DNA of 59,788 bases from an archaeon (GTDB taxonomy: Archaea; Nanobdellota; Nanobdellia; Pacearchaeales; GW2011-AR1), in NCBI GenBank assembly GCA_043821945.1, contig JBDRCH010000011.1, forward strand, positions 1 through 59,788, written 5' to 3'. This document shows positions 26,396 through 35,533 of this stretch, piece after piece. The position numbers and the translations under genes were made by a program. Position 1 is the first letter of the stretch; the number at the start of each line of letters is the position of its first letter. The notes beneath the pieces are model-generated. The model made no database searches. It was not told the origin of the DNA and worked only from the letters and a program-made list of their open reading frames with translations.

Positions 26396-27333
26396 TTCAA
26401 AACCTCCAGTAACTCAAAATTCTTTTTTGCTTGTTTTTTAGTTTCTCTTAAAGGAGCAGTAATTAACAATTGTCTTTTTGCAGGACCTTGCACAGATCCC
26501 CTAACTAAAACATAATCTGTTTTAACCACACCAAAATTCTTAATGTTCTTGAATTCCCTGTCAGTTGATTTTCCTAAATCAATTATCTTATTATTATAAA
26601 CCACTCTTGTGAATGTTCCAAGTTGGCCGGCCATAGGAACCCTGAATATAACTCTAGCAGGATGCCAAGGACCAAGACTTCCAGGTCGTCTTCGGCCTTT
26701 TTCAGATTTATGGAACTTTAATTTTATCCCAAATCTTTTAACAGGTCCTTGAGTTCCCTTGCCTTTTGTTAAACCCCTCATATCAACTAATTGCCCTTTT
26801 TCAAAAACATCTAAAACAGAAATTTCTTTGTTCAAATGCTCTTTCACAAAATTTAATTTATCTTCAACACTTCCTGCAAGTCCAATCTCACTTAAATCAG
26901 GAGTTTTCTTTATATTAGTTTTCTTAACTTGTGAATAACATATTACAGAAACATCATCATAATCTTTAACACTCTCAATTCCAGCCCCTTTCTTTTTTGG
27001 AAATTTAATTTTCTTTTTTAATTCTTTATCTAAATTATCTAATAAAATATCTTGCATAACTTTTCCATCTTTATAGAATCGCACACAAAATATTTTGAGT
27101 GTTGGACACTCAAGAATTGTTATAGGTACAGTAATTTTTTTACCCTTTGTCATTGAATTTGGAGTATCATCTTTAACCTTTACAGAACCCATACCAGCTT
27201 TGTAACAAATAAATCCCTTAAGATTTTTTCCAGAATCAATTGCATTCCAGTTTACTCTAGGTAAAAACTTAGCAATTCGCTTTCTCGGCCAGAACTGCAG
27301 ACTTCCTTTTCTTGGTGATTTTCTTGTTGGCAT
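26392..27333 (-). CDS. rpl3: Ribosomal protein uL3
   Basis: PRKGSLQFWPRKR...GLTKGKGTQGPVKRFGIKLKFHKSEKGRRRPGSLGPWHP. Confidence 0.95.
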   Translation of the reverse strand: MPTRKSPRKGSLQFWPRKRIAKFLPRVNWNAIDSGKNLKGFICYKAGMGSVKVKDDTPNSMTKGKKITVPITILECPTLKIFCVRFYKDGKVMQDILLDNLDKELKKKIKFPKKKGAGIESVKDYDDVSVICYSQVKKTNIKKTPDLSEIGLAGSVEDKLNFVKEHLNKEISVLDVFEKGQLVDMRGLTKGKGTQGPVKRFGIKLKFHKSEKGRRRPGSLGPWHPARVIFRVPMAGQLGTFTRVVYNNKIIDLGKSTDREFKNIKNFGVVKTDYVLVRGSVQGPAKRQLLITAPLRETKKQAKKNFELLEVLK

Positions 27334-27397
27334 TTCTAATTAATTTTGCGAAGATTAACATTTTATTGCCCTGGAATAAAATATTTAGAAAAATTGA

Positions 27398-27406
27398 CTT
27401 TATAAG
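27398..27406 (-). promoter_or_regulatory. Candidate TATA box for the ribosomal superoperon
   Basis: The minus-strand sequence reads CCCTTATAAAGTC, about 65 nt upstream of the uL3 ATG (27333). Weak call in AT-rich DNA. Confidence 0.3.
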
Positions 27407-27433
27407 GGTTTTGGATTTTCAAAATATTAACGT

Positions 27434-28258
27434 TTATCTTATAAAAAGCCCCAGCTTTCTCAGCCAATTTTCAAAAATCAGAGCATTAAAACCGTGTTTA
27501 TATCTTGCTAAAAATCCATGCTTTTCAGCATGAATCTTCACGTGCTTTTTCAAGGCTTTTCTAAATGATCTCTTAAACTTCTGAATATTCTTAAAATTAA
27601 GATTCTCTACTTCAAAATAAGAATCAAAAAATTCTTTAATACAATGAGCATCTGAATCAGCAATAATCGGAATATTATTCTTCTTAGCAAATTTTCTTAT
27701 TTTATCCCTATCTTCAGGAAAATAAGAATTCAACTCAATTGAATCAAAATCTTTCTTATTCTTCTTAATACTCTCATCATTCAAACTCCATCTTTTAAGA
27801 CCAAAAATTCTTTGTATAAGAAAATAACCCAATCCAATTTTATGCAAAGGATGATCTGCAATAACAATCCATTTATTTTTTCTAGCTAACTTCAAAAGAT
27901 TTTTCAAATTCCTAGAATTAATTTTATCCTTATTTCCCAAAATTAAAATATGCCCTTTATCTGTTTCTATTTCATCTGCTCTTACAAAGTAAATTATCTT
28001 ATTATTCTTCTGAATAGAAATAAAATAATTCGAATTTCTTAAATTCACAATATAATCTTCAGACAATTCATTAGTTGCTCTCACAAATTTAGAATATCTT
28101 CCATCATTATTAAAATTTGCAACACCAACAACAAGTTTATCTCCTTTTTTATACAACTTGCTTAACAACTTAAGAAGATATTTTTTCTTATCAACTTCTG
28201 TAAAAATCAAATGCGAAAAATCAGATGTATGTGTATGCAGATCAACTTTCATCACCAT
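27434..28258 (-). CDS. PHP-domain metal-dependent phosphoesterase
   Basis: N-terminal MKVDLHTHTSDFSH, internal IADHPLH and C-terminal IADSDAH metal-ligand motifs. Confidence 0.7.
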   Translation of the reverse strand: MVMKVDLHTHTSDFSHLIFTEVDKKKYLLKLLSKLYKKGDKLVVGVANFNNDGRYSKFVRATNELSEDYIVNLRNSNYFISIQKNNKIIYFVRADEIETDKGHILILGNKDKINSRNLKNLLKLARKNKWIVIADHPLHKIGLGYFLIQRIFGLKRWSLNDESIKKNKKDFDSIELNSYFPEDRDKIRKFAKKNNIPIIADSDAHCIKEFFDSYFEVENLNFKNIQKFKRSFRKALKKHVKIHAEKHGFLARYKHGFNALIFENWLRKLGLFIR

Positions 28259-28288
28259 AACTAATTCAAGAAAGAGATGTTTATAAAA

Positions 28289-29101
28289 TTAATTAGATTC
28301 GGGCTTTTTTTGAAATAATAGCATTAATCCAGCATGAATCCCTGCACCCAAATAAGAATTACTCATTTTATCTCGTGACCAATCTTTATGGTTTCTAATA
28401 GCCTTTCTTAGTGATTCAGTTAAATCATCCTCTATTTTCATATCCAATGAAGAATAACTTGAACCAATTTCAAATACCGAATGTCCATCACTAGAAGAAA
28501 TTCCTCCAAGGTGGGGAAATTCTTTTAATACTTCTCTATAAAATTCTTGAGCTTGTTTATTTGCTCTGAAATACTTTGGATGAGGAATCCATGCATTCCC
28601 ATTATGAGGTTCAATAAAATCAACATCTTCAAGCAATTTAAGATTTTTTCTTAAATAAGGAATTGCACCATCAATAAAACAGCCATGATCAATTCCAATA
28701 ATTGCTCCTAAATCTTTTGCTTGTTTAATAGCATCTTCTATACTTCTTTTTCTAACTTCACCCAATTTTCCAATATGATAATTTTTAGGTATTCCTAGAG
28801 CAAGGATATCTCCTTTGTCTGCAAAAACTTCCTGCGCTTTTACAACTAAAATCTTTTTTTCAGGAAAATAAAGTGCATTTTCAAATTCAACTCTTTCATA
28901 TCCAGATAATTCTGTAAATTTTTCATACCTTCCATAAGGTTCAACACAATTTGCTAATCCTACAACTCCTCCATCTCCTAATGTATCATAAGATTTATCT
29001 ATAACTTTATTTAAGAATTTCTCTCTCTCAAAACACTTTAAATTATCATGTGCAAGGTGGTTATGCAAATCTACTCTAACAAATTTTTCTATATTTTCCA
29101 T
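28289..29101 (-). CDS. PHP-domain metal-dependent phosphoesterase (paralogous type)
   Basis: Likely start is MENIEKFVRVDLHNHLAHD (ATG 29101). Also IGIDHGCF, EPHNGN and SSSDGH motifs. Confidence 0.65.
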   Translation of the reverse strand: MENIEKFVRVDLHNHLAHDNLKCFEREKFLNKVIDKSYDTLGDGGVVGLANCVEPYGRYEKFTELSGYERVEFENALYFPEKKILVVKAQEVFADKGDILALGIPKNYHIGKLGEVRKRSIEDAIKQAKDLGAIIGIDHGCFIDGAIPYLRKNLKLLEDVDFIEPHNGNAWIPHPKYFRANKQAQEFYREVLKEFPHLGGISSSDGHSVFEIGSSYSSLDMKIEDDLTESLRKAIRNHKDWSRDKMSNSYLGAGIHAGLMLLFQKKPESN

Positions 29102-29183
29102 AACCCAAAACAGAAACAACCCTTTTTAAGAATTTCTATAATAACTAAATTTTTAAAAAGATTTAAATCTCTAAGAGGTTAAA

Positions 29184-29429
29184 ATGGGACATAAAAAACC
29201 AGAACATAAATTAGTAAAACGTGATTTTATTCCTTATGTGGGGTATTTTGAATATGCAAAAAGAAATCCTGATTCCTCCATTGAAAAGGAAAATCTTCTA
29301 ACTCAATATGCTAGATGTTCTAAAAGAGTTGCATTATGGGGATATCATTTTTGTATACTAAATCCTATTTTTTTGGGAACTGGATTAGTAAGTGTTATTC
29401 ATCATTTAGTGGATAAAGAAGTAATATAA
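29184..29429 (+). CDS. Small hypothetical protein with a hydrophobic C-terminal helix
   Basis: 81-aa ORF with no motif. Confidence 0.35.
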   Translation: MGHKKPEHKLVKRDFIPYVGYFEYAKRNPDSSIEKENLLTQYARCSKRVALWGYHFCILNPIFLGTGLVSVIHHLVDKEVI

Positions 29430-29437
29430 GATTCATA

Positions 29438-30133
29438 TTAAGCTTCAAACAAAATCTCTTTTTGCATTTCTTGACCATCAATCACAGCTTTTCTGATAAT
29501 TCTTCCTTTTCTTTTTGTAATCTCCCTAATTTTTGCAAAATCAGTTTCACCCTGAGGCATGATCAAACTATCAATAAAAAAAGTATGATTTATTTCAGCT
29601 TTTGTAAAATCTGGCTTTTCAAAAACAAAACTCTCTGCAATTGTTTTATCAGTTGTTTTCAAAGAACAAAAATTAGCTTTTGGAGATTCATCACCTTTTC
29701 CAGGTTTTCCAGATTTAGGGGCTTTTGGTTTAATTTTTAATTGGTTCCCCTCTGAATTAAAAGTCAGGGCAAAAAAAGTTTTTGGAAACTTGTCAAGTAA
29801 GCCAATAATATCACTCCCACTCATCTCTTGATAAATTAAATATCTTTTAACTCCTTGAAATTGTTTCTTTTCCTTAAATTCAATTTCGCCAGTTAGATCA
29901 TTTGTTGAGACAATAGCTCCTTTAACAGTTGTTTTACTATCCCCCAACTTTTTTGCAATGATTCTAACTAATTCATTTGCAAATTCTGCAGAAGTTTTAA
30001 TTGAATAATTACTCCCCGTTTTTTTGGCTTCAATTATTGCTCTGTTTCTAAACTCCCCTTTGCTAAATTTTTGAAACTGTAGATGCACAAGTTCGTCAAC
30101 CTCTCCATCAACAATTTTTTTTATGAAATTCAT
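29438..30133 (-). CDS. Two-domain hypothetical protein (231 aa)
   Basis: Intact ORF with a central K/P/G linker (KPKAPKSGKPGKGDESPK). No family recognised. Confidence 0.5.
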   Translation of the reverse strand: MNFIKKIVDGEVDELVHLQFQKFSKGEFRNRAIIEAKKTGSNYSIKTSAEFANELVRIIAKKLGDSKTTVKGAIVSTNDLTGEIEFKEKKQFQGVKRYLIYQEMSGSDIIGLLDKFPKTFFALTFNSEGNQLKIKPKAPKSGKPGKGDESPKANFCSLKTTDKTIAESFVFEKPDFTKAEINHTFFIDSLIMPQGETDFAKIREITKRKGRIIRKAVIDGQEMQKEILFEA

Positions 30134-30238
30134 TATTTCTAAAATTCAATTTCGCTTTTAAAACTTTCTCTACTTTTTATTGAAATATCTTATTATATCA
30201 CAAACATTTAAAAAATTGAACCACTTTCAATTAGTAAC

Positions 30239-31279
30239 ATGGACGACACTTATTTCAGGAAAATTATGACTGCAATTGTTTTAATTGTTCTTGTAGTTTT
30301 ATCTTTCTTCTTGGTTAAACCAATTCTTTTAGCAATAATTGTTGGATTAATCTTAGCATTTATATTTTATCCAATTTATTGCAAAATTAATAAAAGAATC
30401 AAATTACCTAATTTATCAGCTTCTATAATGAGTTTTTTGTTAATTTTAATAATTTTGTTACCATTATGGTTTTTAACTCCAATTGTAATAGATCAGTCAA
30501 TTAAATTTTTTGTAGCTTCACAACAAATAAATTTCGTTGAGTCTTTAAGAGAAATGTTCCCTTCTTTATTTTCTTCAGAACAATTAATCATAGTTATAGA
30601 AAATTCTATTGATTCTTTCATTTCAAAATCTCTAAATTCCATAGGAGGTTACATTTCTATTGATAATATCATGAGATTATTCTTTAATTTAATTGTGGTT
30701 TTTTTTACTTTTTTCTTTGTTCTTAGAGATAAAGAAAAATTGAGTTCCTATATAAAAAGCTTATCTCCTTTTCCAAAAGAAATTGAAGAAAAATTATTTG
30801 ATTCTTCAAAAACAATAACTAGTGCAGTTATTTATGGGCAAATCGTTATAGGTATAGTGCAAGGCCTTATTTTAGGAGCAGGACTTTTTATTTTTAATGT
30901 TCCTAATGCATCACTTCTTACGGCTCTTGCTTGTTTAGCAGGAGTATTCCCTGTAGTAGGAACAAGCCTTGTTTGGATCCCTGTATTAATTTATCTTTTT
31001 ATAGAAGGATACCCTTTCTCTACTTTTGGAATATTAATTTTTGGTATAATTTCTTCCTCAGTTGATAATTTTATGAGACCTATATTTGTATCAAAAAGAA
31101 CAAAAATGAACTCCTTAGTAATTCTTCTTGGGATGATTGGAGGTTTATTCTTATTTGGAGTTTTAGGGTTTATACTTGGTCCATTAATATTAGCCTATTT
31201 GCTCATAATTTCTGAACTTTATAGAAATAAGAAAATTTCTGATATTTTAATACATTCAGGAGATTCTTGTTCACGATAA
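30239..31279 (+). CDS. AI-2E family (PerM/UPF0118) transporter
   Basis: 8-TM pattern. The C-terminal half has GVFPVVGTSLVWIPVLIYLF and RPIFVSKRTKMNSLVILLGMIGG. Confidence 0.75.
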   Translation: MDDTYFRKIMTAIVLIVLVVLSFFLVKPILLAIIVGLILAFIFYPIYCKINKRIKLPNLSASIMSFLLILIILLPLWFLTPIVIDQSIKFFVASQQINFVESLREMFPSLFSSEQLIIVIENSIDSFISKSLNSIGGYISIDNIMRLFFNLIVVFFTFFFVLRDKEKLSSYIKSLSPFPKEIEEKLFDSSKTITSAVIYGQIVIGIVQGLILGAGLFIFNVPNASLLTALACLAGVFPVVGTSLVWIPVLIYLFIEGYPFSTFGILIFGIISSSVDNFMRPIFVSKRTKMNSLVILLGMIGGLFLFGVLGFILGPLILAYLLIISELYRNKKISDILIHSGDSCSR

Positions 31280-31317
31280 CTATAAAAATAGTTTTCTCTA
31301 TTTATCTAAAGGTGAAA

Positions 31318-32799
31318 ATGGAATTAAAAGTTAAAATTCTTAAATGGTCTACAGGGTTTCCCGTAGCTATGCTCAATCAGAAAACAGCAGACGAAATTGG
31401 GGTCAATATGGGAGACAGAATTTCTATCAAATCTCTTTCAAAAGGTTCAAAAGAAATATCAACAATTACAAATAGTGTAATTAGATTAGTTGGAAAACAA
31501 GAAATAGCAGTTTCTTCTGAACTCAAAGAAAGACTTGATTTAAAACAAGGAGAAAAAGTCGAAATCAATCTTTCAACAGCTCCAGATAGTTTAAAGTATA
31601 TTAAACAAAAACTTAATGGAGGGAATTTTTCTAAAAAACAAATTGATGAGATCATTAAAGATATCGTAGAAAATTCTCTTTCTGAAGCTGAAATTGCTCT
31701 TTTTGTTTCAGCAATGTATAAAACTGGAATGAGCATGAAAGAAACAATTTATCTTATTGATGCAATTGTAAAATCAGGAAACAAACTTAATCTAAAGAAT
31801 AAAATGATTGTAGATAAACATTCAATAGGGGGGGTTCCTGGAAATAGAACAACTCCAATTATTGTTTCAATCTGTGCTGCTTCAGGACTCACAATTCCCA
31901 AATCTTCATCTCGTGCAATCACTTCTGCAGCAGGAACAGCAGATGTTATTGAAACAATAGCAAAAGTAGAGTTCTCAATAAAAGAACTAAAAAAAATAGT
32001 CTTAAAAACAAACGCTTGCATGATTTGGGGAGGGTCCTTGGGGATCGTTCCTGCAGATTCAAGAATAATTCGGGTTGAAAAAATGCTAAAAATCGATCCA
32101 GAAGCCCAATTATTAGCTTCTATAATGTCAAAGAAAATTGCAGCAGGAAGCAAATATATCCTCATAGATATTCCTTATGGTAAAAATGCAAAAGTAAACA
32201 AATCAAAGGCATTAAGATTAAAGAAAAAATTTGAATATCTTGGAAAACATTATCATAAAAAACTAAAAGTTGTTTTAACAGATGGAAACCAACCAATTGG
32301 AAATGGAATTGGCCCTGCTTTAGAATTAATAGATGTAATTAATATTCTAAATCCTAGAAAACAAGGCCCAAAAGATTTAGAAAAGAGATCACTATATTTA
32401 GCAGGTCAAATTTTGGAAATGGCTGGTAAAGCAAAAAAGCAAAAAGGTATAGACAAGGCAAGAGAAATCTTGAATTCAGGAAAAGCATTTGAAAAATTCA
32501 AGCAGATAATTCAAGCTCAAGGAGGGAAATTAAATGGGCTCGCACCTGGAAAATTTAAATATCATATTATAGCAAAAAAATCAGGAAAAATAAAAGAAAT
32601 CTTTAACAATGAAATTTCTTCATTAGCAAGAATTGCTGGATGTCCTGTAGATAAATCTTCAGGGATTTATCTTTACTTCCATATTGGGGATAAGATAAAA
32701 AAAGGGGATAAAATTCTTACAATTTATTCTGAATCAAGATTCAGAATAAAAGAAGCTATTTTGTTCTATAAAAAAGAAAAGCCAATAATAATAAAATAA
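31318..32799 (+). CDS. deoA: AMP phosphorylase (archaeal thymidine-phosphorylase family)
   Basis: Likely start is ATG 31318 (MELKVKILKWSTGFPVAML) after AAAGGTGA. Motifs DKHSIGGVPGNRTT and SSRAITSAAGTADV. The N-terminal extra domain is typical of AMPpase. Confidence 0.8.
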   Translation: MELKVKILKWSTGFPVAMLNQKTADEIGVNMGDRISIKSLSKGSKEISTITNSVIRLVGKQEIAVSSELKERLDLKQGEKVEINLSTAPDSLKYIKQKLNGGNFSKKQIDEIIKDIVENSLSEAEIALFVSAMYKTGMSMKETIYLIDAIVKSGNKLNLKNKMIVDKHSIGGVPGNRTTPIIVSICAASGLTIPKSSSRAITSAAGTADVIETIAKVEFSIKELKKIVLKTNACMIWGGSLGIVPADSRIIRVEKMLKIDPEAQLLASIMSKKIAAGSKYILIDIPYGKNAKVNKSKALRLKKKFEYLGKHYHKKLKVVLTDGNQPIGNGIGPALELIDVINILNPRKQGPKDLEKRSLYLAGQILEMAGKAKKQKGIDKAREILNSGKAFEKFKQIIQAQGGKLNGLAPGKFKYHIIAKKSGKIKEIFNNEISSLARIAGCPVDKSSGIYLYFHIGDKIKKGDKILTIYSESRFRIKEAILFYKKEKPIIIK

Positions 32800-32838
32800 C
32801 ACAACAAACCATTTAAACCTTTTTTTTCTTTTTGAAAC

Positions 32839-33090
32839 ATGAGAAGATTAGTAGAATATTTTAAAAAAAATTTAGCAAAGGGATATACAATTGATTCTCT
32901 TAAATGGGCTTTAATTAATCAAGGGTATTCAAAAATTGAAATAAATCGTGCAGTTGAACAAGTGAATAAAGAACTTGCAAAAAAAGCACCTATTGTTAAG
33001 GAAAAACCCATAATAAAATATGAAATTCTTGATGAACACGATAATCCTATTGTAATAAAAAAACCCTGGTGGAAGCGAGTGTTTAGATGA
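32839..33090 (+). CDS. Hypothetical protein (83 aa)
   Basis: Intact ORF. The N-terminal sequence is LAKGYTIDSLKWALINQGYSKIEINRAV. Confidence 0.4.
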   Translation: MRRLVEYFKKNLAKGYTIDSLKWALINQGYSKIEINRAVEQVNKELAKKAPIVKEKPIIKYEILDEHDNPIVIKKPWWKRVFR

Positions 33091-33157
33091 TTAGTCCTTG
33101 GTGAATATAGTGAACGCATTTAAGTGAATCTAAACAGGAGCAGAATTTTTTTGAAAA

Positions 33158-33238
33158 CGCCCCCGCCCCGAATCGAACGGGGATGCCCCGAAGGGCCCGG
33201 ATCTCAAGTCCGGTGCAATACCATTATGCGACGGAGGC
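33158..33238 (-). tRNA. tRNA-Ser (anticodon UGA)
   Basis: Hand-folded. Acceptor GCCUCCG/CGGGGGC; anticodon stem CCGGA/UCCGG with loop CUUGAGA; long variable arm GCCC-UUCG-GGGC; T arm CCCCG-UUCGAUU-CGGGG. No encoded CCA. Confidence 0.85.
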
Positions 33239-33322
33239 TTAATATAAGAATTAATTAATAGATTTTAAAGCTTACTATCTAAGAGAGATAGGGGTTTAGC
33301 AGAAAATTGAATCAATTAAAAA

Positions 33323-33484
33323 TTAACTAATCCTAATGAATTTAGAGAATTCACCTAGGATCGTTACTCCCCTAATAATAGTAAGAATGAATATAATAAT
33401 TCCTTTATTCATTATTTTTTCTATGATAAAATCAATAACGATTATTAATAAACCTACCCCAATTATCTTTAATCCTTCTTTCAT
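33323..33484 (-). CDS. Small two-TM protein (53 aa), hypothetical
   Basis: Hand translation gives MKEGLKIIGVGLLIIVIDFIIEKIMNKGIIIFILTIIRGVTILGEFSKFIRIS. More protein-like than the opposite-strand track ORF 33336..33593. Confidence 0.3.
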   Translation of the reverse strand: MKEGLKIIGVGLLIIVIDFIIEKIMNKGIIIFILTIIRGVTILGEFSKFIRIS

Positions 33485-33540
33485 CGATATAAAAAATAAT
33501 AATTTAAGAGAGTTTAAAACTTTGTTTTTTTTATATCCAA

Positions 33541-35469
33541 CTACATCTTCTCAAAAACTTCTAAAACTCTTAAGTCAGGACTCAAAACATTAACAGAATC
33601 TTCCTTAAATCTCAGCCCTCTGTAAACTTTTTGCCACAATTCTCTTCTTGCTTTATCTTTGTAGAAATCCCAATAATGCATAGGTTTTGTTTTGTGTAAA
33701 ATTTTCCAAAAAGCATCTTGAACATTTGGATTAGGATATTTTGTGAAAATAATTGAATTACATTCTTCTCCAGGAAAATCAATTCCTCTTCCACTTCTTG
33801 TTGAAAAAAAGATATTTGTTTGACCAGACTTAAATCTTTTAACTAAAATACCTGTTTTATCTTCTTTTTGCATCTCTCGAAGCTTTTCCTTGCTAATTAA
33901 ATTATTTAAATCAAATTCTTTAAGTTCTTCTTCACTGGGCAAATCTAAAAATGCATTAACATGAACAAGCACTGGTTTTTTCGCAATCTCAACACATTTA
34001 CTCAGAGATTTCAAGTAATACTTTCTATCAATTTTTCCATTTGAAAAATTAGAATATTTACAATCCCTTTCCATCCCTGTTCTTTTAACACTAATTCTTC
34101 CTTGTGATTCAACTTCAGCTTCTATTAACTTATGTTCCTTAAGTCCAAAAATATTCTTCAAAACATTCTCAGAATGAAGAGTCCCGGACATTAAAACAAC
34201 CACTTTATTTTTTTTAACCATCTCATTAAATTTTTTAGCAAGATTTGTTGTAACCAAATTCACTATAACATTATCTTCTTTTTTGTTAAGAGTAAGATAA
34301 GTTTCATTAATAAAATCCCCATACATTTTTGCAGTTTCTTCTACATCAAAAACATAACTCTCATCATCAAAATCATAAATAAAATCTTTTTCTTTCACAA
34401 AAATCCTGATTAAATCATAAATTCCTGTTTCTTTTAATGAAAGAATCTCTTTTTTATTTATTACATTCCTAATTTTTTCATCTCTTTTTATTTGTTTTAA
34501 AATTTCTTGAAGTTCTTGAACAATCTTTGCATTTTCAGAGTCTCCTAAAAAATAAATCAGAGAATTCTGCAACCTGTCAATGTTAATCTCTCGCTGATTT
34601 GAAAAACTATCTAAAAAATCATCACATTCATCTATAATTTCAACTTCTGTTAGAGGTTTTCTTCCTAATGCAGATTCTAATTTATACTTCAATGAATTAA
34701 AAACAATTACATCTGATTCAATGAATGAATTAAATTGTTCATAAAATTTGCACCCTTGCTTTCTTTCATAAAAAATAAAATCAGTGTTATCTAATCCCTT
34801 ATATTTCTTTTTTATTGAATTAACAAAGCTTTCTCCACCTAATTCATATTTGTCAGGAATAACAGGACACCAATACGGACACACACCTGCAATTGAAACT
34901 CTTTTCACATCTTTAATTTCTGTGAAATTTTTAATATCAATATCTTTATTTTTTTTGAGATATTCTTTGATTTTGTTCCAATTCTTCTCTTGAATTTCAA
35001 TTTTACAAGGAAGACTATAATTATCAGCAGAGATATCTTTTTCATTTTTTTTCTTTTTCACCCCTTCAAAAATATCATACAGTCTCGAATCAACTTCTTT
35101 CTTGATTTTAGGAATTTCAATTTGATTATCTTCTAAAAATTTGCACTTATGATTATTTCTTCCTGTTATAACATCAATTTTTAATTTATTTCCATTTTCT
35201 TTTAATAGATATTTTTTCTCTAGATAATCATTTTGATACTGGCTCTGAAGATTTTTTCCAGGAACTATAATAGAAGTTTTCCCGAGTTTTCTCGCAATAT
35301 TCAGTGCAATTGCAGACTTGCCTGTCCCACAAATTCCATGAATAAAAATAATCTTATGTCCTTGTTCAATAGAATCCAAAACTTCCTTCACAACATCTTC
35401 TTGAGTTTTACCATTAGAAAAAACAAGTGGTTTTAGAAATTCCTCTTTTGAATAAAGTGACCAGGTCAT
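33541..35469 (-). CDS. XPD/Rad3/DinG-like superfamily-2 helicase
   Basis: Walker A GICGTGKSAIAL, ITGRNNHKC, DExD-like IIDECDDF, MSGTLHS and SGRGIDFPGEECNSIIFTKYPNP. Four Cys residues between motifs I and II could ligate an Fe-S cluster. Confidence 0.65.
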   Translation of the reverse strand: MTWSLYSKEEFLKPLVFSNGKTQEDVVKEVLDSIEQGHKIIFIHGICGTGKSAIALNIARKLGKTSIIVPGKNLQSQYQNDYLEKKYLLKENGNKLKIDVITGRNNHKCKFLEDNQIEIPKIKKEVDSRLYDIFEGVKKKKNEKDISADNYSLPCKIEIQEKNWNKIKEYLKKNKDIDIKNFTEIKDVKRVSIAGVCPYWCPVIPDKYELGGESFVNSIKKKYKGLDNTDFIFYERKQGCKFYEQFNSFIESDVIVFNSLKYKLESALGRKPLTEVEIIDECDDFLDSFSNQREINIDRLQNSLIYFLGDSENAKIVQELQEILKQIKRDEKIRNVINKKEILSLKETGIYDLIRIFVKEKDFIYDFDDESYVFDVEETAKMYGDFINETYLTLNKKEDNVIVNLVTTNLAKKFNEMVKKNKVVVLMSGTLHSENVLKNIFGLKEHKLIEAEVESQGRISVKRTGMERDCKYSNFSNGKIDRKYYLKSLSKCVEIAKKPVLVHVNAFLDLPSEEELKEFDLNNLISKEKLREMQKEDKTGILVKRFKSGQTNIFFSTRSGRGIDFPGEECNSIIFTKYPNPNVQDAFWKILHKTKPMHYWDFYKDKARRELWQKVYRGLRFKEDSVNVLSPDLRVLEVFEKM

Positions 35470-35533
35470 GGAGAACCAAAAAAGCTAGGGTTTAAATTAT
35501 TTTAGGGTTAGTTCATTTCAGAAATATCTACCC

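Noticed and set aside
33336-33593. 85-aa plus-strand ORF downstream of tRNA-Ser.
   Set aside because: It overlaps the helicase 3' end, and its Ile/Asn/Pro-rich composition is unconvincing. A 53-aa two-TM ORF on the minus strand (33323-33484) looks more plausible, though it too is weak.
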